64,000 bases of DNA. Origin: a virus. Lineage: Duplodnaviria > Caudoviricetes. Shown piece after piece: positions 8,959 through 18,070 of this stretch. The stretch lies in IMG/VR virus record IMGVR_UViG_2921119228_000004, positions 13,876-77,875 of that record. One strand, given 5' to 3'. Every line of letters starts with the position of its first letter. Within the stretch, counting starts at the first letter, position 1. The notes under the pieces were generated by a model. The model worked only from the letters and a program-made list of their open reading frames with translations. It was not told the DNA's origin and made no database searches. The position numbers and the translations under genes are program-made.

Positions 8959-10260
8959 TTAGCAAGTTACTATCTGATTAAAAAATTCATGTCCTTTCAA
9001 CTGTATAGCATTCTCCTTCTCCGAGATCTTAATATACTTCATGAATGAAGATTCCGTCTTGTGTCCCGTTATCTTCATTATACTAATGGGTGGCAATCCT
9101 GCTAAATAAGCATTCGTGGCAAAAGAACGCCGAGCCGTGTGACTCGTTACAAGATCATATTTAGGCTTCGTTTCAGCATAAGTTAAAGTACCTTTTGTTC
9201 TTTGCAATAAGATTGGCTCATTAATCTCAGCCTTCTTCGCAATCTCTTTGATATAATCATTAAATTTTTGATTTGAAGGAACACGAGGCAACTCATTATC
9301 ATATTTCTGCAATATCTGCCGAACTATCGCATGCAAAGGGATAACTACAGTCCTACCGGTTTTCACAGTCTTTATAGTAATTACACTCTCTACATTATCA
9401 ATATTATCAGAACTCAACAAAGACAAATCACTAAAACGTAATCCTGTACAGCAGCCTATCAAAAACAAATCCCGAACCCGATCCAATCGAGGTTCATCAC
9501 TTAAGTCACACTTATAGATTTTCTTTAGCTCATCACTATTGAGGTAGACAGAATAGGTTTCCTCTTTAGGCTTACTAAAACGCTTCTTTTTGAAATCCAT
9601 ATTTGTATGTAGATTACGTTCATAAGCCTCATTCATAAACATTTTCAAATCCTTTATACGAGCACCAACCGTATTTGGAGAATAACCTTTATTCGTTAAA
9701 TATTCAACAAATGACAAATAAAAATCCAAGTCTACATTCTCAAATTGTAGCCTTTTCCCTGTTAATGCAATATACCCCTCAATCTCACGAGCTGTTTGCT
9801 TATACCCCTTCACAGTATTAGGTTTCTTATCAGTTTTCTCTATAAAGGATTTGACAAAACAAAGTAAATCCTTGACATCTCTATCCGGTTCTATCTCCTT
9901 GTAACCTTTAAATATCTTATCCAACTCCTTTGTTAGTAGCTCATTCGTTGGCAGGATACCGTCATTCTCCAACCGACGTAGCACATCTTTAGCCGTAACT
10001 TCGATATTATCCAAAGCCGCTTTCAGTTCTCTATACTCACCAGCGTTCATCCGGTGATTCCTCGCTGTAGGAGCGATCGGAGCACCAACTTTCGTATCCC
10101 ATCTTTCCGGCAAAATTGTCTCATTAGTATAATACTTCAACGGTAAGTACTTTTTCTTCCCATCGGGTAAAATAGTATATGCACCGTAATTCATCAGAAA
10201 AAAAATAGCGGTAGGCTTATCTGACTTCGGACGTGTCAAATAGAATTTTACTGTTGCCAT
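8959..10260 (-). CDS. tyrosine recombinase/integrase (Bacteroidales Arm-SAM-catalytic type)
   Basis: TGLRFSD, KTVKT, HTARRSFATN, TGHKTE, FMKYI catalytic R-K-H-R-H-Y set. Confidence 0.95.
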   Translation of the reverse strand: MATVKFYLTRPKSDKPTAIFFLMNYGAYTILPDGKKKYLPLKYYTNETILPERWDTKVGAPIAPTARNHRMNAGEYRELKAALDNIEVTAKDVLRRLENDGILPTNELLTKELDKIFKGYKEIEPDRDVKDLLCFVKSFIEKTDKKPNTVKGYKQTAREIEGYIALTGKRLQFENVDLDFYLSFVEYLTNKGYSPNTVGARIKDLKMFMNEAYERNLHTNMDFKKKRFSKPKEETYSVYLNSDELKKIYKCDLSDEPRLDRVRDLFLIGCCTGLRFSDLSLLSSDNIDNVESVITIKTVKTGRTVVIPLHAIVRQILQKYDNELPRVPSNQKFNDYIKEIAKKAEINEPILLQRTKGTLTYAETKPKYDLVTSHTARRSFATNAYLAGLPPISIMKITGHKTESSFMKYIKISEKENAIQLKGHEFFNQIVTC

Positions 10261-10320
10261 AATATATCTGTTTATTTAACTTACGCAAATATAGACAATA
10301 TTTTATCGACAAAACAAGGA

Positions 10321-10342
10321 TGCGGTAAGAATTGCGGTAAGA
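10321..10342. repeat. TGCGGTAAGA x2, candidate arm-type integrase sites of the small element
   Basis: Exact 10-bp direct repeat with a 12-bp period between integrase start and tRNA end. Confidence 0.5.
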
Positions 10343-10457
10343 AAAAATCTTCTTTTATTTATTTTCTCTTTACAAAAACGATATACAAAACACTCAAAAG
10401 TCAAATATAACTCGCTATCTATTAATAAAATAAGATAAAAAGAAAGAAGGACAAAAG

Positions 10458-10499
10458 TAGTCTCGCCGGGAATCGAACCCGGATCTAAAGTTTAGGAAA
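10458..10499 (-). tRNA. 3' half of tRNA-Arg(CCT): prophage att remnant, not a complete tRNA
   Basis: - strand TTTCCTAAACTTTAGATCCGGGTTCGATTCCCGGCGAGACTA gives anticodon loop CCT, T-arm CCGGG-TTCGATT-CCCGG and acceptor 3' strand; the matching 5' acceptor strand is absent upstream. Confidence 0.8.
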
Positions 10500-10548
10500 G
10501 TCTTGTTCTAACTCTAATAATCAGTGGATTACAACGGATATTGTGATT

Positions 10549-10738
10549 TTTGTAGAATATTTGTAGAAATAGTATAATAATTAGGCTTTCTACAAAGAAA
10601 ATGGAAAACCCCACTTCTACAAAAAGAAGCGAGGTTTTCACTAATGCAACACCGATATAAATTCGGCACTGCAAAGATACAAAAAACGTGCGTACTTCTC
10701 AGTATGCACGTTCTGAAATGAAAAAAGTATTCTACAAA
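10549..10738. repeat. five TTTGTAGAA/TTCTACAAA copies, candidate phage arm-type sites
   Basis: At 10549, 10560 (direct) and 10588, 10615, 10730 (inverted). Confidence 0.55.
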
Positions 10739-10740
10739 AG

Positions 10741-11328
10741 CTATTTTTTTAGCTCTATATATTCAGTATATGTAATTTTGTTGTGTGGATTTGAATTTAC
10801 AACATCCATCTTTATAGCCTTCACCCCAAATCGGAAGAAAAGAAACTTTTTCGGTATCTTGTGTATGATATGGTGTAATGTATCGGCACTTTCTATCTTA
10901 GCGAATAATACCCCTTTATCAATAGTTCCTCTTAAATCTATCCAAGAATCACGCCATCGAAAATTTAAAAGAGTATCAAGCTGGTTGCGATACACTATGC
11001 TATCACGTACTTTTGTTTCTATTTCTATTTCCGTTTTAGTGGCTGTTGTTGTAGCTGCCTGAATGCGTTTGAGCTTTATATTCAAATCATCTACTGTTTT
11101 GGTAAGATCCTTGTTTTTCTTTTCCAACTCATTTTTCGTCAATTCCAGCCTTAAAACAGAAGTAGCGTTTTTCCCTGCTTCCGTTTTGTAGTGTTCCACA
11201 TCTGAAAGTAATGCTGCTTGATTACTATCCAAGCGATCACGTTCTTTCCTTACGCTATCCAATCGTTTAAACAGAAAGATATTTGTTCCTACGAGTAAAA
11301 CAAGCGCAATAAATAAAAATTTACGCAT
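10741..11328 (-). CDS. spanin/Rz-like lysis protein
   Basis: N-terminal TM helix plus coiled coil, directly after the endolysin. Confidence 0.65.
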   Translation of the reverse strand: MRKFLFIALVLLVGTNIFLFKRLDSVRKERDRLDSNQAALLSDVEHYKTEAGKNATSVLRLELTKNELEKKNKDLTKTVDDLNIKLKRIQAATTTATKTEIEIETKVRDSIVYRNQLDTLLNFRWRDSWIDLRGTIDKGVLFAKIESADTLHHIIHKIPKKFLFFRFGVKAIKMDVVNSNPHNKITYTEYIELKK

Positions 11329-11920
11329 ACTCTTCTATATATTTAAGGATTGAATCAACGTGCAACTGGATAATTTGAGCCTTTCCTTCAGGAGATAGTA
11401 GAAACTTGCAATCTGTTTCATTATCCATAAAGAAGTTTTCCGTTAAAACAGCCGGGCATGAAGTCTTTTTGAGAATGTAGAAATTATTTTCCCAATCTCC
11501 ATCCCCATCCGACCAATCACCTCTAATTTTCCAAGTTCCTCCAAACATTCTATTAGCCATATCCCAGAAAACTTGCGCCAAATCATCAGCTTTTGTTTTT
11601 CCAGGACTGGTATGTATTTCCCATCCTGTACCCTTGCCAGTTCCAGAAGCGTTACAATGAATAGAAACAAGAAGCGTTTTTGTCTTACCGTATCGGGCTG
11701 CTATCTCGTTTGCTCTTCTGGCTCTTTCTGCTAAAGGTACGTCTATATTTTCCTTTACCAACAATTCGGCATCTATACCTTTTGCTCGTAATTGGTTATA
11801 TACGCCTTTGGCAATTTCTCTGGCATATTCCCACTCAAATAACTGTGATCCGTCCGACCACTTCGGAGATCTTTTACCTGGTGTATTTTCTCCGTGTCCG
11901 TTGTCTAATAATACTTTCAT
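11321..11920 (-). CDS. endolysin, N-acetylmuramoyl-L-alanine amidase (Amidase_3)
   Basis: LDNGHG, E at YAREIA, VSIHCNA, AVLTENFFMDN. Confidence 0.95.
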   Translation of the reverse strand: MKVLLDNGHGENTPGKRSPKWSDGSQLFEWEYAREIAKGVYNQLRAKGIDAELLVKENIDVPLAERARRANEIAARYGKTKTLLVSIHCNASGTGKGTGWEIHTSPGKTKADDLAQVFWDMANRMFGGTWKIRGDWSDGDGDWENNFYILKKTSCPAVLTENFFMDNETDCKFLLSPEGKAQIIQLHVDSILKYIEEYA

Positions 11921-12183
11921 ACGTTTTTATTTTCATTTTTTTCGCTTAAACATTTAGTTACTCCAGCCGAAGCAAACAAAGCAGTGATAGCACCGACAAA
12001 AGCCGATAATCCCATAAGATCGGTTTTGATAGACTTGTTTACGATTACTTCATAAACCAAAATAAAACCGACAATAAGCAGAAGGAAGCACCCCATTAAG
12101 GTAACGGCAACAAGAAAAAAACTCTTGCTACTGTGCCCTGATCCATTTTTGATAAGTTCTTTCAGATATTCTGTTACTCTCAT
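11917..12183 (-). CDS. holin-like 2-TM protein
   Basis: 88 aa, two hydrophobic helices, charged C-terminus, upstream of endolysin. Confidence 0.7.
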   Translation of the reverse strand: MRVTEYLKELIKNGSGHSSKSFFLVAVTLMGCFLLLIVGFILVYEVIVNKSIKTDLMGLSAFVGAITALFASAGVTKCLSEKNENKNV

Positions 12184-12794
12184 AACTTGCGCTCTTTTAC
12201 TTCTGGAAGGATATACTGAATGTGCATGGCTGCAAAATGAAGTTTTTTCCTGATTGCTTCCTCATCAAAATCATCAGGGATGGATTCTGTAAAATCACAG
12301 ACCAAAGAACCAACCCAATCATGGGTAGTATCATGTAATTTTTGAACGATTAAAGACTGTGTTCCATTGGAGCTAAACATAGCCTTTGCACGTGTTCCAT
12401 CCAAACTATCAATATCACGTATCAGCATAAGTTCATTTCGAGCCATTGAAGCCGTAAACTTTGGAAGTTCAGACATCTTAATATCTTGCCAAAAGTCACT
12501 AATACGGGCAACCCCTTTAGCGGTAACTTCATACAAGATTGTGAGATAATGATTATCTCCTAAAGGATATGGTTGTATAATATACACACGATCACATGAA
12601 AGATCATTCAACACTTTATGAATTTCACCATACACACGAGCAGAGTTTTCACTTCTGCGAGTGCTTTTTCTTTCTAATTGTCTTTCAAGTTCTTTAGCCT
12701 TAATATCAGCAAGCCGATTATGCTTTAACTGATTATACGCAAACCAGCCCGTACCCAAAGCTGTTATACACGCAAATAATGCTGCCCAATCCAT
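12180..12794 (-). CDS. lysis-module membrane protein (N-terminal TM plus soluble, possibly GAF-like domain)
   Basis: N-terminal TM; position in lysis cassette. Confidence 0.6.
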   Translation of the reverse strand: MDWAALFACITALGTGWFAYNQLKHNRLADIKAKELERQLERKSTRRSENSARVYGEIHKVLNDLSCDRVYIIQPYPLGDNHYLTILYEVTAKGVARISDFWQDIKMSELPKFTASMARNELMLIRDIDSLDGTRAKAMFSSNGTQSLIVQKLHDTTHDWVGSLVCDFTESIPDDFDEEAIRKKLHFAAMHIQYILPEVKERKL

Positions 12795-12869
12795 ATTTTA
12801 TTAAGTTATTGATTAATAACTGCAAATATAATTTATTTGGCGTACATATACACCATTTAATACAGAGAA

Positions 12870-13352
12870 TTATATTTTTGAAGCTATTAAGGCTTCCAAT
12901 TTGTTTATTTCATCCCGTACACTCTGCCTTTGCTGGTGAAGATTCTCTATATCATACGGCATATCAAGCCCGATTAAAGAAGCCTCATAACATTTCGTTA
13001 TACGATAATCACCTATAACGCTGTCATTGCTGGTAAGAGAGGCTTTCAGTTCATCTATCTTATTCCGAACAAGTTTAGCGTTAAATCTTTGCTCGTATTT
13101 ATAGCTTATTTTATCTCCAGCGTCATAAGGTACAATACGAACGCTATAGTATTCAGGACATTGTAATTTAGTATCATCCACAAGCTCTACATTTTTCCAT
13201 CCTAAAGCGGACAACTCAGCTTGTTGCTCCTGGATTGATACTATTCTCGTTTCAATCTCTCCAGTTTCTTCATTTTTAAACTTCTCACTGTATTCCTCTA
13301 AAAATTTAGAAACAAGAGATCCGTTTTCGTCTATATAGCCATATTCAATCAT
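12870..13352 (-). CDS. hypothetical tail-associated protein
   Basis: 160-aa ORF following the large tail protein. Confidence 0.65.
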   Translation of the reverse strand: MIEYGYIDENGSLVSKFLEEYSEKFKNEETGEIETRIVSIQEQQAELSALGWKNVELVDDTKLQCPEYYSVRIVPYDAGDKISYKYEQRFNAKLVRNKIDELKASLTSNDSVIGDYRITKCYEASLIGLDMPYDIENLHQQRQSVRDEINKLEALIASKI

Positions 13353-13356
13353 AATA

Positions 13357-16300
13357 TTAAAATTTATATCTACTAACTAACCATGCTGATTTTTTTACAC
13401 CATCGACATACCCCACTGTAAAATGGAATATAGCACCCTGACCTTCGCCAATATCATAATAATCATTTTGGGTGTGATCATCATACAACTCATTTCCGCT
13501 ACGTGGGTAAACTCTCATATATCCTGTCCACCATTGCTTAAAAAATATAGTCCTACCAATCACACCATCAGAAGGGAGGTAAACGATTTGCCGGTTTCTT
13601 GAATATCCAATAACCAAGCTGTCTGTTTCAGACAAATAAACAGAAGAAGAGCTTTCTTCTATAGCCTTTCTATGTAAAAATAGACCTGCTGCCATCAAAT
13701 TCTGGAAGAAGCCACCATAAGCGGGGGCTGTGCCACTGTTTGAAGCTCTACCATATACGCCAGCTAAAAAGTTTTCATTGTTCCAATCACTTTTATTCAC
13801 AGTACCAAATCCAAGCCCTACGATAGAAGCCTTATGCGTATAACCCAAAATAGCCGAAACAGCTTGTGTTTCTGCATTATTACAAAAGATACCCGTAGGC
13901 GACATATAGGCTACACGGCTATTGCTTTTACTTCGGACTTCAATCAAGCCGTTATTCGCATCTATCGTAATTTTAGATCCCTGATATTGGCTTTCTGAAT
14001 AATCACCACCAGAACGGCTGGATTCTATCAATATACAAGCCATAGAAGCATCAAGAATGATCTTATTACCATCCAAGAGTGTAGAAACAATCTTTCCACC
14101 ACTCATAAACCAATCTCCGATATTAGCACCCTCAGCCAATAGCAAATTAGTTGCTATACTCTCAAACTCAGCACCGAAATCATTCCAATAAGCAGTATCG
14201 GTAGGTACATGATTTTGAAAGCCATTTCCGGCATCCACTCTGGCAACATAATAGTGTCCGTTATATTTTACTGCATCTACACGCTTTGAAGTACCATAGT
14301 AAACTTTAGAGCTGCCATAGACACCACGATAAACCATAGTCGGACCAGTATCTCCATTTCTACCATCCACTCCATCATACGGAGTTTGCCGGGCTGGTGT
14401 ACTCCAGTTCTGTATCAATGAATTTGTTTCACCATTGATTTTTGCTACTGTAAACCATAAGTATTGCAAGTTTCCTACAGTTGGAACGGTTGTGCTCCAT
14501 CCCGAAGGATTACGGCTCGTTTTACTCAGTGAAGGCGGTGTACTTCTGGAGCCATTAACAGCGTACCGATATTCAAAATAATCACCATTTATACCATCAT
14601 CCCCAGTTTCTCCTTTTTCTCCAGTAACACAAATAGCCTCTGTAGTAATGCTGTTGCCGTTTGTGTAATTAATAACGGATCGTGTCCATATATACCAACC
14701 ATTTTTCCAAGTTGGACGTGAATTAGACCAGCTACCATTTAAAAGGGAAGTTGCAGAGGATGATAAATAATATTGCTCAATTATTGAACTTATACCATTG
14801 CCTGTTTCTCCCTTGCCACCTGTGATACAAGCTGCATCTGTATATACTATGTCGCCATCCGTGTAAACAACTTTAGTTTTACTCCAAATGTAATATCCAT
14901 CTTTCCAGGCTGGAGCTGTTGTCTGCCAACCGGATGTTGGTGCTGTAGTATTACTGGATGATATGGCATACAGAACGTCTGTATTTGAAATACCCACACC
15001 TCTTTGGGCTACAATAATCCAATAGTTACTATTATTTGGAGAAATACCTTTAACGGGATTCTTTGATACAAAACGATACATAGAATAGCCAGTTCCATCA
15101 TCATAGATAACCTCATCACCCCAATAATAGGTATAAGAGTTGTCATATACGCCACGAAAACAACCTATAGGGCTTTCATCGCCACTTTCACTTTGCACGA
15201 TTGTGCCTTTCAGACGTAATTTTTTATCTCCTTTGGTATTCCAATCAAAATAGCTGTCTGAATTTCCTACACGAAAAGCGTTATTCACAAAGTCCATGAA
15301 ATTTAGCCCATCGCTTGAAACGATTCTGTCTGTAGTTATTCTTCCTGGAAGTATCTCTGTAAATCCGAATAGTTCGACAAAAGAACGATCCTCTTCAAAT
15401 TCACTGTTTAGAATACCTACAAGGAAATGATAATAACCCTCTACACCTTCCAGCTTGATAGCGTTTTTACTTAAGACGTATGATCCAGTAGTGCCATTTT
15501 TATTAGCCTTCACATAGAGATAATACCCTACTGTTTCTGTTAAGGTTGGAGAAGTATATTTTTCAATATCCCAAAACTTATACTCACTGGCTTTATGCCC
15601 AGAGGAAAGTGTATCAATCCCGATAGTCATGTGCTGTAATATTCCACCTGGAGCCGAAAGCACTTTCTTTTTGCTGTCATAGGTAACGAGATATTCTACT
15701 TGTGTCGGATTGGTTTTGTTGTTCACGAAACGGAACTGCAAACTTTCATCGCCAACAAGCAAACTCATTGTTTGTACCGAAATCGGACTGATAGAACCTG
15801 AGAAATGCAAAAGAGCGTCATTCAACATTGAAATAGTTTCTTTTGCATCCCTGAAACGTCTTTTTGTAAACTGAATAGAGTTTTTATATTGGTTATCAGT
15901 TTTAACCTCGTTACTCTCTATCTTGTTTAATTCGCTTGAAACCGTTGCGCCAGTAGTCGTATTGGATAATTCAATAATCGGGCTGTAAGGTCTGTGTATA
16001 TACTCCTTAATACTGGTAATCCTTATCTTTATACCTTCTGGTATGAATTGCGGATCTTTAAAGAGTATGTAACCGCCCAATTTTATTTTGCCACCAATAG
16101 AGAGCCAACGCTTTTTGGAATAAATGCTATCCAATTCTCCTTTGAATGTGAATTTTGGATCTTCATTCTCATAAAGATATTTGGCTGCTTCCCTGAACAT
16201 ATCCCAGCTTGCACCTTCTTTCGTTGAGTTATTGCAAATGTACGCATCCGGCAACTGTATTCCGAACACAGCGTATTTATCCCCCAGGTTAGGCTTATAT

Positions 16301-17373
16301 ATGTCATTGGGCATAATCTGACCGTCTATTTCTTGTGGAGTTATCAAGAATTTACGTTCTTTATGAACGTATTTAACTTCAAATTCTTTATTACTACCAG
16401 CAAGCATACCAGACTGAAATATAACAGTCATGTTATTACCTTCTATCACATAATCCTCAAAATTCAGATCATCAGGAATAGAACTATCTATAAAATCATA
16501 GAAATTCTTTTCTTTATCGGAAACAACAACATTAGAAACACTGCCTACTCTTTTAGGTGAAATATGAGAACAATCCAAACTATCCTCTTGAACATCCGTA
16601 AGGGTTGTATCAGCCCGTTTTATATACAAGCCTTCCGCATCCGAAACGTAAGCACGCCCTTCATACTCCAATCTTTGATTTTTGGGCAAAAGCAATTCCT
16701 TAGATCCATATTTGCTAAAGTCTATATTCTGCTCCCCACCTTGAACGTACAATATGGTAACTGGTCTATTTCCGTCCTTGTTGGAGCGTCCTAAACCTGG
16801 AACAAAACCTTTATCTTTCCCATATTCAAGAGGCAAAGGTTCACCCTTGTTATATTCAACTTTACGCAAGTGTATTGTTTTGATAGCCGGATCTATTTCA
16901 TACTCCGTCTTAAAGGTATCGGCAATAGTAGGCAAAGCTTCACTACAAAAGATATGGTTGTAGTTAATAGTCTTTTCTTCTGCTTCAATACATTCGCCAA
17001 CTTTCCAACCGCTATCTCTCATGTTGAGATTATCTACAATCAACTGTAGATGCTCGTGAGGCTTTGCAGTGTAATCGAACTTCAAACGTTTAGAAACAAT
17101 ATCCCGGCATTTGTATTTACCCAATATTGCGCCTATGTCATACATTACAAGAGTGTATTCAAAATTCCGACTGCTTTTCTTCTTGAAGTCGTCAGGATCC
17201 ATAAGGTAGTAAGTGATATTCTTGTAGATACAATAAGCTCCTACGGGAATGTTTATGAACTCTTCACTGGCAAAGTACAGATAAAGAGTGCCTACATTCT
17301 GTAAAGCCGTATATCGGTAGCTGCTTGTATCTACCAGAATATCAATCTCCTTGTTGTTGAAATGTATTTTCAT
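13357..17373 (-). CDS. large tail/host-specificity protein
   Basis: 1338 aa; repeated beta-rich modules joined by collagen-like GxxGxxG linkers; tail-module position. Confidence 0.85.
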   Translation of the reverse strand: MKIHFNNKEIDILVDTSSYRYTALQNVGTLYLYFASEEFINIPVGAYCIYKNITYYLMDPDDFKKKSSRNFEYTLVMYDIGAILGKYKCRDIVSKRLKFDYTAKPHEHLQLIVDNLNMRDSGWKVGECIEAEEKTINYNHIFCSEALPTIADTFKTEYEIDPAIKTIHLRKVEYNKGEPLPLEYGKDKGFVPGLGRSNKDGNRPVTILYVQGGEQNIDFSKYGSKELLLPKNQRLEYEGRAYVSDAEGLYIKRADTTLTDVQEDSLDCSHISPKRVGSVSNVVVSDKEKNFYDFIDSSIPDDLNFEDYVIEGNNMTVIFQSGMLAGSNKEFEVKYVHKERKFLITPQEIDGQIMPNDIYKPNLGDKYAVFGIQLPDAYICNNSTKEGASWDMFREAAKYLYENEDPKFTFKGELDSIYSKKRWLSIGGKIKLGGYILFKDPQFIPEGIKIRITSIKEYIHRPYSPIIELSNTTTGATVSSELNKIESNEVKTDNQYKNSIQFTKRRFRDAKETISMLNDALLHFSGSISPISVQTMSLLVGDESLQFRFVNNKTNPTQVEYLVTYDSKKKVLSAPGGILQHMTIGIDTLSSGHKASEYKFWDIEKYTSPTLTETVGYYLYVKANKNGTTGSYVLSKNAIKLEGVEGYYHFLVGILNSEFEEDRSFVELFGFTEILPGRITTDRIVSSDGLNFMDFVNNAFRVGNSDSYFDWNTKGDKKLRLKGTIVQSESGDESPIGCFRGVYDNSYTYYWGDEVIYDDGTGYSMYRFVSKNPVKGISPNNSNYWIIVAQRGVGISNTDVLYAISSSNTTAPTSGWQTTAPAWKDGYYIWSKTKVVYTDGDIVYTDAACITGGKGETGNGISSIIEQYYLSSSATSLLNGSWSNSRPTWKNGWYIWTRSVINYTNGNSITTEAICVTGEKGETGDDGINGDYFEYRYAVNGSRSTPPSLSKTSRNPSGWSTTVPTVGNLQYLWFTVAKINGETNSLIQNWSTPARQTPYDGVDGRNGDTGPTMVYRGVYGSSKVYYGTSKRVDAVKYNGHYYVARVDAGNGFQNHVPTDTAYWNDFGAEFESIATNLLLAEGANIGDWFMSGGKIVSTLLDGNKIILDASMACILIESSRSGGDYSESQYQGSKITIDANNGLIEVRSKSNSRVAYMSPTGIFCNNAETQAVSAILGYTHKASIVGLGFGTVNKSDWNNENFLAGVYGRASNSGTAPAYGGFFQNLMAAGLFLHRKAIEESSSSVYLSETDSLVIGYSRNRQIVYLPSDGVIGRTIFFKQWWTGYMRVYPRSGNELYDDHTQNDYYDIGEGQGAIFHFTVGYVDGVKKSAWLVSRYKF

Positions 17374-17378
17374 GTTTA

Positions 17379-17696
17379 CTAAGTGAATTGATATATCTTA
17401 CCATTTCCGCATTTCATCCCTTTAATCGTAGTGCTGAAAGGGAAAGCGTCTTTGGGGATCTGATCCAAAGTTTTCTTTAAAGAAGCTGCGTTTGTGAAAA
17501 ACTTACCATCCGCACCATTGCTATGTTTAAATTTCACAAGGTATCTTCCTTCACCGTGCGAAGTCTTTACATCTGGAATGAAATCTTCTACAATGATCTC
17601 ACAGTTCAGCACGTCCGAAATAGAAACCTGGCTACAGTTGAACATTTTACGTTCATCTTGTACGGTTACACCTAACTCACTAAACTTTCTCATCAC
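17379..17696 (-). CDS. hypothetical protein in DGR cassette
   Basis: Translationally coupled ORF downstream of RT. Confidence 0.7.
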   Translation of the reverse strand: MMRKFSELGVTVQDERKMFNCSQVSISDVLNCEIIVEDFIPDVKTSHGEGRYLVKFKHSNGADGKFFTNAASLKKTLDQIPKDAFPFSTTIKGMKCGNGKIYQFT

Positions 17697-18070
17697 AATA
17701 TAATATTAAGTTCCTTACAATCGTTATCTATCATTTCTTTGATAGCTTTTCTCTTTTGCAAATATTCCTTGTAATCATTGGTAGCTGATTTTTCAGTGAG
17801 AATACCGAGCTGGGCAGCGTTATAATCATTGATAATTTTGGCTTCTTTATCCGAATTCCACAAATGGGTAATAACTGCCTTTTTTAGCTTATCATTTGTA
17901 ACCATTCCCCAAACAACAACTTCGTTACAAGTCCATTTTGTAGTTTGCCCATTATCTCCAGCTTCTCCAAAATGGTTTTCTACTTGAACTTCCTGAATAT
18001 CCCAACGGTATGTGTAAGAACCATTCCCGTTAGCCTCTAACTTAGAAGGCTTAAAATCGTAGTGTATCAT
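17693..18070 (-). CDS. hypothetical protein in DGR cassette
   Basis: Overlaps the RT stop. Confidence 0.7.
   Translation of the reverse strand: MIHYDFKPSKLEANGNGSYTYRWDIQEVQVENHFGEAGDNGQTTKWTCNEVVVWGMVTNDKLKKAVITHLWNSDKEAKIINDYNAAQLGILTEKSATNDYKEYLQKRKAIKEMIDNDCKELNIIL

Larger units (their letters stand above)
5331..10457 (-). mobile_element. small integrative element (integrase, excisionase, rolling-circle Rep, TA cargo) at the tRNA-Arg 3' end; left boundary uncertain
   Basis: Gene content; the integrase lies directly downstream of the tRNA 3' fragment. Confidence 0.65.

Noticed and set aside
10198-10205. A8 tract in the integrase as a phase-variation site
   Set aside because: The gene is in frame (IFFL) and short A/T runs are common in this AT-rich DNA.
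10458-10535. Complete functional tRNA-Arg
   Set aside because: The 5' acceptor strand and D-arm are missing and the anticodon stem does not pair; treated as an att remnant.
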